Source of the DNA: Octopus vulgaris
Lineage: Eukaryota
Reading direction: 5' to 3'
Assembly (NCBI GenBank): GCA_951406725.2
Contig: OX597819.1
Span: 49,042,001-49,106,000 of the forward strand
DNA length: 64,000 nucleotides
Of the stretch, positions 1 through 13,184 are shown piece by piece (position 1 is the stretch's first letter; each line of letters opens with the position of its first letter). The notes under the pieces are model-generated. The model searched no databases and was not told the DNA's origin. It worked only from the letters and a program-made list of their open reading frames with translations. The translations under genes were made by a program, and so were the position numbers.

Positions 1-213
1 CACAAGGCCTGACATTTTAGAGGGTGGTGTGGTGGTGGGTATACGTCAATTACATCAACCCCTGTGCTTAACTTGTATTTATCTTATCAACCCTGAAAGG
101 ATGAAAGGTGAAGTTGACCTTGGAGGAATTTGAACTTAGAACGTAAAGACGGATGAAATGCTGCTAAGCATTTTGCCCAGCATGCTAACGATTCTGCCAG
201 CTTGCCATCTAAA

Positions 214-436
214 CCCTTTCGTTACCATATTTATTTTGAGATGCTCTGTGTTTCTTTCAATTAATTCTAAATGTAACAAAGAATTTAGTATCATAACTTA
301 ATTATCATTAAGCTGGTGTTAGGAACATAAATTGTGACTAAGGTTTGGTGGAAGATTTTAATTCAAAACTTACGAAAACAAGACATTTGTACTACAGAGC
401 TAGAGGCAGTTTCAGCTGGGTTGGTATTGGAAAGGG
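214..436. mobile_element. piggyBac-type MITE, second family
   Basis: TAAA-CCCTTTCGTTACC ... GGTATTGGAAAGGG-TTAA. A diverged inverted copy lies at ~720-948. Confidence 0.75.
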
Positions 437-2910
437 TTAATGAGTATTATAATTATTGAGACAAGTTAGCAGAACATTTGCATGTCAGACAAAAATTCTT
501 AGTAGCATTTCATCTCTCAATGTTCTGAGTTCAAATGCTGCCAAGCTTGACTGTCTTTCATTCTTAAGGGGGCAGAGTATCAATGGAAACAGTTCCAGCT
601 GAGCACTGGGGTCAATATAATCTACTAGCCCCCTCCCATCAAAATTTCAGGCCTTCAGCTAATAGAAAGAATTACCATTATTATTTAAAACAACATTGGT
701 CCACTTGTGAGTAAGATACTTAATCATTTTGATACCAAGCTGTCTGAAAACACCCCTGGCTTTAAGATACAATATTCTAGTTTCAAAGTAATTTAAATTA
801 AAATCTTCCCTCAAAATTCTGGGTTAATTTATGTTTCAAAACACCAGCTTAATAACGAGAAAGATATTTTATTAGATTCTTCATTATTTTCGAAATTATG
901 TAAAACAAAGACAGTGTATTTCAGCAGAAACATATAGCAAAACGGTAAATGAGTAACCGACATGCATGAATTTTCATAGAATTTAAATTCTATTCAGACT
1001 TTGAAGAAAATGAAATCCGAGCTGCTGAATGGAACTGACTGACTCTTTACTACAGAATGTAATTGTTTACTAAAGGACAGCCATGCCAACTGTCTTAACA
1101 GTTATAGTGATGGAGCCATGATAAACTTATTCTAAATATATGGTCATACAACTGAATGGTACCGGTTAGAATATTTCGAGACAGACTAAACACCAAAAAC
1201 CCCAAAGGATCACTACTTCTGCTTATCGCTAATCTTACATTTCCTTTCATGGGAATCAATGAGAAACAAATGTCAGCTAAGGTTTGACTGATCAAAAACT
1301 AGAAGAGACTATGTATCACTTAACGTATTTGTTTAGTTCTGTCTATGGTGCTGACTAAAAAGAGGCGGAATCCCGGTGATACCACGTTTGGAATTTGGTA
1401 GATCCAATACGACAACTATTTTCGTATGCTAGTTATTTCGAGTAACGAATTCTTTAAGTTATATTGTAAAACACATTTCATTTGATTAAAATATTTTATA
1501 TTAAAGTATCAGTGACCGGGTAGTTGATGTACAGTGAAAACTGATAATGATATCACAAAATAGTAAAACAGAAATGAAAATAACAACGTAAATGTGCGTT
1601 TAAAATGTGTATTTTAAATGATTGATAATGTAATATAGCCATGATGTAATCGTTTTTACCATCTCTGATAAAATAACTTTTCAAACAAGTACAGCTTAAT
1701 AACTTGCGTGTTAATATACAAATAAAACAACTTATTTAAAAAAAAAAATTTCAACCTATAAAAAAATATACAACTTCTATAAAACTTATGTCGAGAGTAG
1801 ATATTAAAATTTAGACTTTTGACCAACTGACAATTCATCTCGTTAAATGTGGCTTCTAAATGAAAATGACATACTAATAATAAGGAAGAGCCGAATAAAA
1901 ATCTTAAACGTGAATAAAACCAAAGAAATATTTCAGATGGGCAGAAATACTTCAGACACACATGTCATTTTGAAAATATGTGAGTAGGAGTTGAATAAAA
2001 AAATATATGTATATAAAAATTAATTGTAAGCTTTCAATGGAGAAAAAGAGACAGTTGAGTCGGAGCAATTACCGGACATTCATTCCGTCTTTATTTCCTG
2101 AAAACAATTAGGAAAAGCACGAGTTAAATGAAATAGGAAAGTTGGGCGGTGTCTTCCTCGAGAAATCTGTCTACATAAATAGCTATCATATGTTTTAGGT
2201 GACATGACTCTCAGCAGCCCCTCCTCTTCTCAAAATGCTACACAAACTTGAAAAGTTCCAACTCGACAGCATATCAAACAAAACAATTGTTTCTATTCAT
2301 TATTTTATTCATCATCCAAAATAATTGAATTAACGTATACGGCTAACATAGACAAAACTTAGTGTGTGTGTGTATAAACCCGACTATAATTCTATTAATT
2401 TTTAAACGGTAATTGAATAAAAAATGAAAAACTTTCTTAATTATTCCAATTATAAAGAAAAACATCGAATTCTGCTGCATGGAGGAAATGTCATTCGCTT
2501 CCTTTTCCTCGTTTTGACAAAATAAATAAGTAAAACGGAGTAAAGCGAAAAAGTAAACAAAGATCTGAACATGTCGAGGAAACCCCCTCTCACATCTATT
2601 AATGTACGGATTGATCAATACTGTATACTCCACTAAGCTTAAATACTACATTTAACGTGTGATTATATAGGTGGGTTGTTGTTATTACAAACTACTTAAG
2701 TGAATAGTGACAACAGAGAAAAATACATTAAAAGTGTTACATAGGAGATTATTATAAATGATTTTTCTTTTTCAACACAAAAAGTTAAGTTTAACAGTGG
2801 CTATTATTTTCTGTCTATATACAATTGCATTTTCTGGTCTACTCCAAGAACGTAATAATGTATGCAAAAGGAATGAGATGTAATGATAATAATAATAATT
2901 ATTATTATTT

Positions 2911-3098
2911 CTTTATTGCCCACAAAGGGGCTAAACACAGAGAGGACAAACAAGGACACACAAACAGATTAAGTCGATTATATCGACTCCAGTGCGTAAC
3001 TGGTACTTATTTAATCGACCCCGAAAGGATGAAAGGCAAAGTCGACCTCGACGGAATTTGAACTCAGAACGTAAAGGCAGACGAAATACCGCATATTT
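2911..3098 (-). mobile_element. SINE family B
   Basis: Reverse complement of the 16272 element. Further copies at ~1-206(-), 460-665(+), 8240-8372(-), 14321-14463(-), 15485-15690(-), 20553-20768(-), 26431-26648(-), 27970-28110(-). Confidence 0.85.
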
Positions 3099-3359
3099 CC
3101 ACACACACACAAACGTCAAGACAGAATTTTTTTTATTTAGTATAGTTTAGAAATAATTTTTTAAATGATAAAAATTGTTTCACTTTTACTTCATTTCTTT
3201 CTAACTATATTTGTCGGCAGGCAGTATTTTCTTTAAAAAATACTTCTATGAATTTATTTGGTTCATACACCGTAAGATTATATCTATTTATGAAGTTACA
3301 AAAAAAAACAAAAAAAACATTGAAAGTTTTCTGTCCGAAAAAAACAGTCTTCAAGTTGC

Positions 3360-4420
3360 GCAGGTTATGTCAGTCGCGGCACGTTCAATAAAATAGCCAG
3401 TGATATGTAGAGCAGCGGCAGCAAAGTGCGTGTCAAGAGATTAAGAACAGCGATTTTTTTCATGGACAAAATACGAATGCAGGCAGTAGAAATTATACAG
3501 GAGGACAAAGATAGAGCATGGAGAGAAGTTACGTAAATCGTAGAATATAAATAAACATTAAAAACTACATACATCAGGGGAAAAAAAAACTATTTATTTT
3601 TTTTTCATGACATATTTTTTTCAGTAGGAAAAAATTAAGTAAATTGCTAAATGAAATCAGTAATAAAAAACACAGGCAAACGTGTCCGAAATAATAATAA
3701 TAATAATAAATAACAATATATAAGAAAATTTCTAAAAATGACTCATCTCGGTGAGAAAACAGAAACGTGGTAAGAACAAATTAAAACAGTGGATCCACGT
3801 AATTTTTCTGTTTAACACGAGGACATGGTGAAAACGAAAGCAAGAAAAGACACGGGAAGATAAAAATCAACTTACTGTAAGAAGTCATTTTTCAATGAGC
3901 TGAATAAATAGTAATGTGTGTAAATATGGTAGTTCTAAATAATATAAGCATTTCCCCACAAACACACACACACTTACTCTTTCTTTCTCTTTTTCTCTCT
4001 CAGCCAGCTACTTCGCTTACATGTCAAGTCGGCTGTCTGCTAGCCATGTTAAGGACATTATTCAGTGGAAGACAGGTTAGATGCGTAGGGATATTCCTGG
4101 TTGTGTTATAATATTCTGCTTTACTGTATTTCCTTTTTATTAAGATGCACTTCCGAAATAGAAACACTTCCAGAGAGCAGCCATACTGTTATCGTTCGAA
4201 GAGAAGGGAGGTAGTAAACAATTTGTAGCCGCTCCCCTCCTCTCATTAAATGGACTCGTCAATCAATATGAAGTGTTCTACGACTGGATAATTTCATCTA
4301 CGTAAGCGAAGGGGACGCTTACTTTTAAAATCGTGGTATGGTTTGTTTTTTCATCACAATAACAACATCTACAACTACTACTGGTGCGGCCGCCGCCACC
4401 GCAGCCGTCGTCATCATGAT
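3360..4420. promoter_or_regulatory. Candidate promoter or first-exon region
   Basis: Unique sequence with visibly more CpG than the rest of the window. YY1-like GCCATGTT (~4043), ETS-like CACTTCCG and CACTTCC (~4148, ~4165), and splice-like signals on both strands. Confidence 0.35.
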
Positions 4421-5732
4421 GTGTGTATATGTAGTTGTATACATTCCCTAAACAGCTGGATCCTCTACGTGGCCGTTCGGCCTGCTAGAAATAACAGCCA
4501 ACACTCACCAAATTACACTCCTTTGTCATAAACAAGGAAGTACACATTTTACAATGTTGTCCCGGATGCACAATGCATGAAAAAAAAATAGAAAAAAATA
4601 GATAGGATGGTCACAACTAGAACGGTAATCTTGATCAATATTGACCTGGGGGTTAAAGAACATCAAGGAAACTTGATTGTTGTTCCAGTCGTGGCGAAAT
4701 AGCGGAATAAAAATGTATAAAAAATTAGGGAACATTAATCATGTTTTTTGTCTAATATTAAATTATTTTTTCCTAGCATAATAATTTCTAATGGGTCATA
4801 AACTTTAAGGAAACTTTAGGGATTGTATCAACCGACTGGTATTTATTTTGTCAATTTTATAAGGGATGTAATTAAGGATAAGGATAAAGGTCCTTCTTGA
4901 GTCATACAGACACACAGGACCGGTTTCTCAGTTTCTCTGGTGTATACATTCCCTGCTGGGTGGGACGCCAGTCTGTCGCAAGATGACTCATTTTTACCAG
5001 CAATGTGAAATAAAATTTTTTGCTCAAGCCCACGTGTCACCTGGTCCAGGAATTGAAACCATGATCTTACAATCATGAGTCCAATACCCTTAACCACTAA
5101 GCCACAAACCTCCATTGGGGCTGTAAATAGGTCTGTCATGAACCTTAGTACTCATATGGTTGGTCAGAGCTGAACCTGGTTTCATGGCCTATAGGTGACT
5201 AAGATTACTATGCTCCCCACCCCACTGAACAGGATACCTGTCCATTATAGGGTTAACTTCTCAGCTATTGAAACTCATTTACAGGTGAGTGAACTGGAGC
5301 AACATGAAATGAAACGTTTTGTTCAAGAACACAAACACACCACCCAGTCTGGGAATCAAAACTATGATTGTGAGTTGCAAAACCCAAACCACTAGGCCAT
5401 GAATCTTTACATGTTATTAAAATAAGGGAGAAAATTTGTCCAGCACTCTACTAATTCCATCACCTACTTCTCTGCTAGTTATTTCTTACATCGACAAGTG
5501 GCTACATAATTTTAAAGGGAGGATTCAGCTGACTATTATTTTATAGAATTTCTTTTGCTGAAGAGTGAAGCTAACCCACATGGGATTTGAACTCAAAATG
5601 TAATGGACCCCTTCAATTACTATTTTATTCTGGTGGACCCTTATAGCCATTTGTTGTTTAAAAACTAGTTTTATATAAACTTCTTTCAAGATTCCCATTT
5701 TGTTTTTCACACATTAACATGTGTAAGTTGAA

Positions 5733-5965
5733 CTCTTTACTCTTTACTTCTTTCAGTCATTTGACTGTGGCCATGCTGGAGTACCGCCTTTAGTCGAGCA
5801 AATCGACCCCAGGACTTATTCTTTGGAAGCCTAGTACTTATTCTATTGGTCTCTTTTGCTGAACTGCCAAGTTACTGGGACATAAACACACCAGCATCGG
5901 TTGTCAAGCGATGTTGGGGGGACAAACACAGACACACAAACATATACACACACACACATACATAT

Positions 5966-5998
<33 letters not shown>

Positions 5999-6162
5999 CA
6001 ATGGACTTCTTTCAGTTTCCTTCTAACAAATCCACTCACAAGGCTTTGGTCGGCCTGAGTCTAAAGTAGAAGATGCTTGCCCAAGGTGCCACACAGTAGG
6101 ACTGAACCCGGAACAATGTGGTTGGTAAGCAAGCTACTTACCACACAGCCACTCCTACGCCT
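5733..6162 (-). mobile_element. SINE family A
   Basis: Reverse complement of 58788-59189. Confidence 0.9.
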
Positions 6163-6508
6163 ATGTAAAATATTTGAGAAAGAAACCTATATGTTTCTTG
6201 CAATACATACCAAAACGTACATCTAAAGCAAGATTTTTTCAGGAGCCCTTAAAATACTATTGCGGGTTCTACTCCCCATCCCACGCCCAAATCCTAAATG
6301 GGCCCTGGTTGAGAACCACTGATTTAGTAGATGCAGGTGTAGCTGCATGGTTAAGAATCTCACTTTGCAATCATATGGCTTTAGGTTCAGTCCAGCTGCA
6401 TGGTATCTTGGGCAAGTGTCTTCAATGACAACCCACAAGACTGACCAATACCTTGTGAGTGAATTTGGTGGACAGAAACTGTGAAAGCTCATCCTATATG
6501 TGTATATA

Positions 6509-6570
<62 letters not shown>

Positions 6571-6867
6571 CGCGACCGACCAGGCTATCAGATGTTGCTA
6601 CACATCGCTGATCACAATGCGTTTCACATTGTTTTAGCCTTCAAATGACGCCACCCCGCTGGCTAAGCGAGCAGGCCAACAGAAAAAAGAGTGAGAGAAA
6701 GTTGTGGCGAAAGAGTACAGCAGGGTTTGCCACCACCCCCTGCTGGAACCTCGTGGAGCTTTAGGTGTTTTCACTCAATAAACACTCACAACGCCCGGTC
6801 TGGGAGTTGAAACCGCGATCCTACAACCGTGAATCCGCTGCCCTAACCACTGGGCCATTGCGCCTCC

Positions 6868-6906
<39 letters not shown>

Positions 6907-7544
6907 TATATATGGTGCCATGTAAAAGGTACCTGTGCCAGCGCTACAGCAAAAGAACTTGCATCAGTGCCACATAAAAAGTACCCAGTACACTTTGTAA
7001 AGTGATTGGTGTTAGGAAGAGTATCCAGTCATAGAAACCATACCAAAACAGACAATTGGAGCCTGGTGCAGCCCTCTGGCTTGCCAGGTCCTGTCAAACT
7101 GTCCAACCCATGCCAGCATGGAAAACAGAAGTTAAATTATGCTGCTACTGATGATGATGATGTAAATGTAATAATAAGTACTGAGGTTGATTTGTTTGGC
7201 TAAACCTTTCAAGGTGGCCACAGTCCAATGAGTGAAACCTGATAAACATAGTCTGGCAGAAAGGCCGTAACCATGAAGTTTTTACCGAGCATATGAAACT
7301 GGTTGGAGGGAGCAATGTACCCTCAAACTGGAAATCTGGTCCAAAAGCTTGCAATAGAGTGGTCTCTTCTAAAGGTACCCAAAATGCCAAGTTAGGCTTA
7401 TATTAAACCAGGTGATGAATTAAGCTTATCAAGTAAATAGCCCATAGTGGGATTTGATAATAATATTTTAGATGAAATACCGCTAAGCATTTTACCGGCA
7501 TGCTAAGGATTCTGCCCTGGCAACTAAAGTGAGATCGCAGCCAT

Positions 7545-8234
7545 GCACGTCCAGCCCTGTTAAGAATACTCCTGATACATTGGGCGATATGATATGCTTG
7601 AGATGACCTGTTGATTCAAGTGAAACCAATATCGTAGCTGGGGCTGATGCTCTCTGGTTGACTCTTGTGCCAATGACACGTGAAAAGTACCATCCGAATG
7701 TGGTCAATGCCAGGTCTGCCTGACCGGTTCCTGTACTGGTGGCATGTAAAAAGCACCATCCAAATGTGTTCTTGTTAGGTCCACCTTACTGGCTCCAGTG
7801 CTGGTGGCACGTAAAAAGCACCAACCTGCTGACTGGCACCTGTGCTAGTGGCATGTAAAAAGCACCATCCGAACGTGTTTGTTGCCAGGCCTGCCTTACT
7901 GGCTCCAGTGCTGGTGGCATGTAAAAAGCACCAACCGATCATGACCAATGCCAGTACCCGCTGACTGGCTCCTGTGCCAGTGGCATGTAAAAAGCACCAT
8001 CTGAAAGTGATCGTTGCCAGGCCCGCCTTACTGGCTCCTGTGTCTGTGACACGTAAAAAGTACCCACTACACTCTTGGAATGGTTGGCATTTGGAAGGGC
8101 ATCCAGCTGTAGAAACTCTGCCAGACCAGACTGGAGCCTGGTGCAACCACAGGCTCGCCAGACCTCAGTCAAATCGTCCAACCCATGCCAGCATGGAAAA
8201 CGGACATTTATCGATGATGATGATGATGATGATG
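7545..8234 (+). mobile_element. (GAT)n-tailed retroelement/SINE family C with internal ~60-bp tandem repeats
   Basis: About 7 units of GTGCCGGTGGCACGTAAAAAGCACC-like sequence, then GGTTGGCATT.GGAAGGGCATCCAGC...AACCCATGCCAGCATGGAAAACGGAC and a (GAT)n tail. Confidence 0.85.
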
Positions 8235-8372
8235 AATCCTTTCTACTAAATTTTGTCGGAGGGGTAAGTTGGTTACATTGACCCCCACCCCCACCCCAAG
8301 CTCAACTGGTACTTGTATCATTGACCCTGAAAGGATGAAAGGCAAAGTCAACCTTGGTGGAATTTGAATTCA

Positions 8373-8446
<74 letters not shown>

Positions 8447-8629
8447 TAATAATAATAATAATAATAATAATGGGCATGTGTTAAGAACTTTGCTTTCAAA
8501 TTCAGTTTCACTACACAGTGCTTTCGACAAATATCTTTTACTACAATCTTAGGCTGACTAATGTTTTGAGAGTGAAATTTGGAAGATGGAAACTGTACAG
8601 AAGCCAGTTTGTATGCAAGTATTCTATTA

Positions 8630-8864
8630 TTCTTTTACTCGTTTCAGTCATTTGACTGTGACCATGCTGGAGCACCACATTTAGTTGAGCAAACCGACTC
8701 CAAGACTTATTCTTTGTAAGCCTAGTACTTATTCTATCGGTCTCTTTTGGCGAACCGCTAAGTTACAGGGACATAAACGCATCAGCATCGGTTGTCAAGC
8801 GATGTTGAGAGGACAAACACAGACACACAAACATACACACACACACACACGCATACATATATAT

Positions 8865-8917
<53 letters not shown>

Positions 8918-10080
8918 TGTATATATATATGTGTGTGTGTGTATATGCATGTATATATCTATATATATATAAAACTCAACTTGTGTGTCTGTGTGTTTAA
9001 CTTCCCGGCACATCTCCTCCTAGCCAACAAATCGTAGAACCACCAAAAATGGGTCACTTAAAGTTTAGGCGAATGAAAATTGAACTGCACTATTTTTGTT
9101 CCGAAATTCATCTCGCAAGTGCAAAAATCGATAATGTCTTTGTTTAGGCCTTATCCCATGCATTGAATAGTGAACTTTACTCAGTCAGCTGTTTGACGTG
9201 AACTGTGTTTACCACGCATGCAAGCATGCGTAAATTGCATGAAAATTAAAAAAATCAAGATATAAAAACGAATCACCGTAAACATTGTAGAAATTCGGCA
9301 AAGAAATGAATTTTCGGGATGTAGCCTGGAGGGTTTTTTCGTATTAATCATTAGGACTTTGTGAACACATACCAATTGTTTACATAACATTTTTAACGCT
9401 TTGAACTAAATGTGACCATTTTGCATTGAGTCTGCAATTTGAATCACTTTAACCAAATTTTAGCAGGCCGGATTTTTTATCACGATACATCGCCAGCAAC
9501 TCCCTGAAACTCTCCCCTGAAATCCCATTGAGAAATACTGATCTAAAAGAATAATTCAACAATGCAATTATTTGATCAACAAAAAATTATGAAACACTTC
9601 TATGTACTTCCTATGGAGGAAATGGAACACATAAGTGCAAAAATAGAGGGCATTAAATGCTTGATTTTAAAACCAAAATAATTGAATTTTGATTGAACTT
9701 CATCCAACTTTAGCTTAATTCGCGCATGCATACAACGCACGAACCAGGCAATACTGCTAGTATATATATATATGTATATGTGTATATATATATATATATA
9801 TTAATATATATATTTAAAAAAGAAAAATATGTAAAAATGCTCAGGAGGTTTGTATAATAAAATTTATGCTATTACTAAGATCATAATGGAACAAAGATTT
9901 GTATTACAACATTATATAATAAACTGGGTGTGCTGGTTTTGCATCATACACTTATCAAACTTCCAAGAGTCTGAGCTTTCAGTTTCCATCTACGAAATCC
10001 ACTCACAAGGCTTTGGTCAGCCTGAGGCTATAATAGAAGACACTTGCCCAAGGTGCCATGCAGTGGGACTGAACCCAGAA
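8630..10080 (-). mobile_element. SINE family A split by the Helitron insertion
   Basis: 3' half at 8630-8957; 5' half resumes at ~9977-10080. Confidence 0.75.
8958..9760 (+). mobile_element. Non-autonomous Helitron inserted in the (TA)n tract of a SINE
   Basis: 5' end A|TCTATATATATATAAAACTCAA..., 3' end ...AATACTGCTAG|T. TC/CTAG termini, insertion between A and T, no TSD. The host SINE resumes at ~9977. A subterminal hairpin is not evident. Confidence 0.7.
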
Positions 10081-11289
10081 TGCAAACATACCTATGGTTT
10101 ATAGTTATGCCAGTTAAAAAAAACTAGTATTGTTACTTATGCTGTGTCTCTTTAAGTCCTATAGCTTAGAGGTTCAGGAAATATAGATTAATTAAAAAGG
10201 TACTAAAATAAAAAAATTACTGAGGGCAGGGGTGATATAATCCACTAAAAACCCTTGAAGTTTGTTGCAAGTGTACAAGGCAGCTGTCCAATAACTGAAC
10301 CCAATAAAAGTATAATATAAACAAATAAATTCAACTGAAATAGAACTTTATTGTTTCTATATAAAGAATAGATATGTCAAGTGATGTGTATTTCAAATTT
10401 AGGTGTTGACTGTAAAAGAGGGAAGTACATGCTAAGTAGTCATTGTACAGCTAATGCACAGCCTAATTATTAGTGGTTCAGTTCCTTTCCTAAATCCCAC
10501 GCCCTCCATCCTCTCCACACGCATACACATGCGACTTAAAAAGCACAGGAATTCACACTGTGATGCGTGCCCACAAGGATGATGTAGATTAATGACTAGA
10601 TTCTCATTAATTCTTTGACCCTCATACACACACTTATGTCACAAACAAGTTTTAATTTTAGTTTATCCTGATATTTGCTGTTGTATTTTTACATCTTCAC
10701 CGCAATCATTATATGACTATCACCATTATTATCCTGTACATCCTGCCCTTCCTTTACTTCTTGTCTTACCGACAGGTCAAGGAGAGGCAACATGGCTACT
10801 CTACTTGATTTCTGTTTTTATTTTCCTTGGACAGGAAGCTGCATCAGTTCTTACAGACTACTCTTGTCAGAAGTAGATCCATGCTTCCTTTGAAGTGAGG
10901 GTGAGGCTCAACCATATATAATTAATATATCTATTCTATCTTTAACTACTGGAGTTTGAGTGTATATGTTGATTACTTCTTAACCATGTATGTTTACAGA
11001 ATATAATCACCAACATTATCTAGTATATTATAGTTGGAATTACAGTAGTAAATATTGCACCAGCTTTATCTGATAGGCATGTGATTTAATGAAATATAAA
11101 ACTCTAAGATTAAGACTTGTACTCAAATCACTTATCTAGAAATTTCAGATGTGATATCTATCCTCATATATTTACCTCTGCTAAAACCCTTCACCAAAAA
11201 ATATATGTAAAAACAATTGTTTTATTGATTTGGTCTGGAGAAAGAGACTGTGCTCTTGGCTATCACAGGCCTTCAGAGACTAGTGAGTT

Positions 11290-11800
11290 TGACATGGTTA
11301 ATATTCATTTTGAGCTGATGCAAGTTAATCACAGGGAAGACATGAACAGGGAGGGAATTTTAGAGGGATACCATTATGGGAAGGAAATACTGGACATACT
11401 TGTTAGTGAGGGCTAGAAGAGAACACATGAAAAACAGAAGCTACAGAAGCAGAGGTATAGAGAAGAGACAACATGTCTGTGGGTTAAAGTTTGGAGTGTT
11501 TTGGTGAGTATCATCATGCCAATCAGTTAACTGGATGGTGTTTTTAGGTCAATGGAAAGCTTACCTTAGATGATATAGAGCCAAAAATAGGGCTTGTCTT
11601 CTATTTTGATAGATTAAGTCATCAAAAGCAGAATAAATCTCTTTGAAGTTTAAACATTCCTCTGAAGCATTATTTCTCTTTTGTCATACCATGATAAAAG
11701 AAAATGCAAATCTGATTCCTTGGCTGATACTGAATGAACATGCTTTGCAATGTGGGTAAAGTAATTATGGCTATGTAAGGCTTTCTGATAGCAGCCTATC
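11290..11800 (-). mobile_element. Decayed LINE ORF2 C-terminus (CR1/L2/Jockey-like group)
   Basis: Minus-strand fragments LQTLTHRHVVSSL and TNKYVQYFLPIMVSL*NSLPVHVFPVINLHQLKMNINHV resemble the LxxRRxVxSL...SFFPRT..LWNSLP..VFP...NL..FK pattern. Confidence 0.6.
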
Positions 11801-12103
11801 TTGACTGAGAAAAGCAAACTTTTATAGTATATAGAGTGCAATAGGCTAGACTAGAGAAGGGGCTAAGGTGTTGAATCACTCAATTACTATTTAGATTTGT
11901 TTTCTTTAGAAGCTTTTCATCTAGATACCAGCTCATCTCCATATTATTTAATAACTGAAACATTCTGGGAACTGTATTATCAGTCTACAACAACTACATA
12001 CCTAAAAGATATATCTACATCTTTATAAATATATATATATGTATATATATGTGTATATATACATGTGTGTGTGTATATATATATATATGTCTATATGTAT
12101 GCA

Positions 12104-12138
<35 letters not shown>

Positions 12139-12231
12139 GTATGTATGTATGCATGTATGTATGTATGTATGTGTATATATATCTATATGTATGTATCTAC
12201 ATATGCATTTATATATGTGTATGTGCATATA

Positions 12232-12265
<34 letters not shown>

Positions 12266-12958
12266 ATATATATATATATATATGTATATATAAATGTGTA
12301 TATGTATATATACAAACACACACACATATAGGAACAAGGATGTTAAATGATAATGATACATATATACATATCTATTTACATTACATGCGAATGAAATCAA
12401 AGTGAGAAGTGATCTATTAAGTAAACACAATACCCAATAGGTGCAGCTAAAATCATAACATTCACCTGCCGGTTAGATGCTTTGCTAATTGAGCTACGGC
12501 TAAAACTTGAAACAGTTATCTCATAAACAAATAATCCGTGACTGTAAACCTATCTTCAAAGGTCTGTGCTAGAAAGGCTTATGTGTTGTAACAGTGCAGA
12601 GGGTGTTTCCAGATTTTGATAGATTTTCCAGATTTAAAAGGAAAAACTAAGAAGTTTCCTGATAATAAATATAAATTTCCTTTTAACACCACTTTCTTAT
12701 TGTTGTATAAACTTGTCAGTCATGACTGAGAAAACCTTTGAAAACAGCTTTAATTTCTAATGTGATGGAACTAAATGAATGTGGCAATATATTGCCACGG
12801 GTCAAAACCGTAATAATATCTATTTGGCAGCCGTTGATGGGAATATATATCTGTTATGCTTGTTTGTGAATCTTTTAAGTCTTAGTCTTGTTATTCTGAA
12901 TTGTCCTACATTCTAGTGAAGTAGAAAGTGTTTGTGGATTCATGGTTTCAAGAAATTA

Positions 12959-13029
12959 GGATTGCTTTGGTACTATGTTAGAACACTTGTCATGTCTACA
13001 GATGTAGGTTTGAGTCCCATAGGCAATCT
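12959..13029 (+). pseudogene. Highly decayed tRNA-like sequence
   Basis: Acceptor-like stem GATTGC...GCAATC enclosing about 70 nt, with a T-arm-like GTAGG-TTTGAGT-CCCAT. D and anticodon arms are degenerate. Confidence 0.3.
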
Positions 13030-13184
13030 TCAACGTATTCTATTCAAAAGAGTTTTTCAACTCAATATTTGCATGGTACTATTTATAGCTTTTATGTTTG
13101 TGCTTCAATATATATCAATATATCAATATATATCAATATATCACTATATATATGTGTGTGTGTGTGTGTGTGTTGATATATATA

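Noticed and set aside
7670-8065. CRISPR-like repeat-spacer array
   Set aside because: The spacers are homologous to each other, the array is internal to a dispersed eukaryotic retroelement, and there are no cas genes.
8302-8552. Poly-N/Y/L ORFs, and similar poly-I, YI, CV and RE ORFs across the window
   Set aside because: Microsatellite translations.
10776-10905. Plus-strand exon candidate with AG/GT signals and a Kozak-like ATG
   Set aside because: All frames close quickly and no product is recognisable.
12770-12812. 18-bp palindrome GTGGCAATATATTGCCAC as hammerhead stem II
   Set aside because: The flanking core motifs are too degenerate to call.
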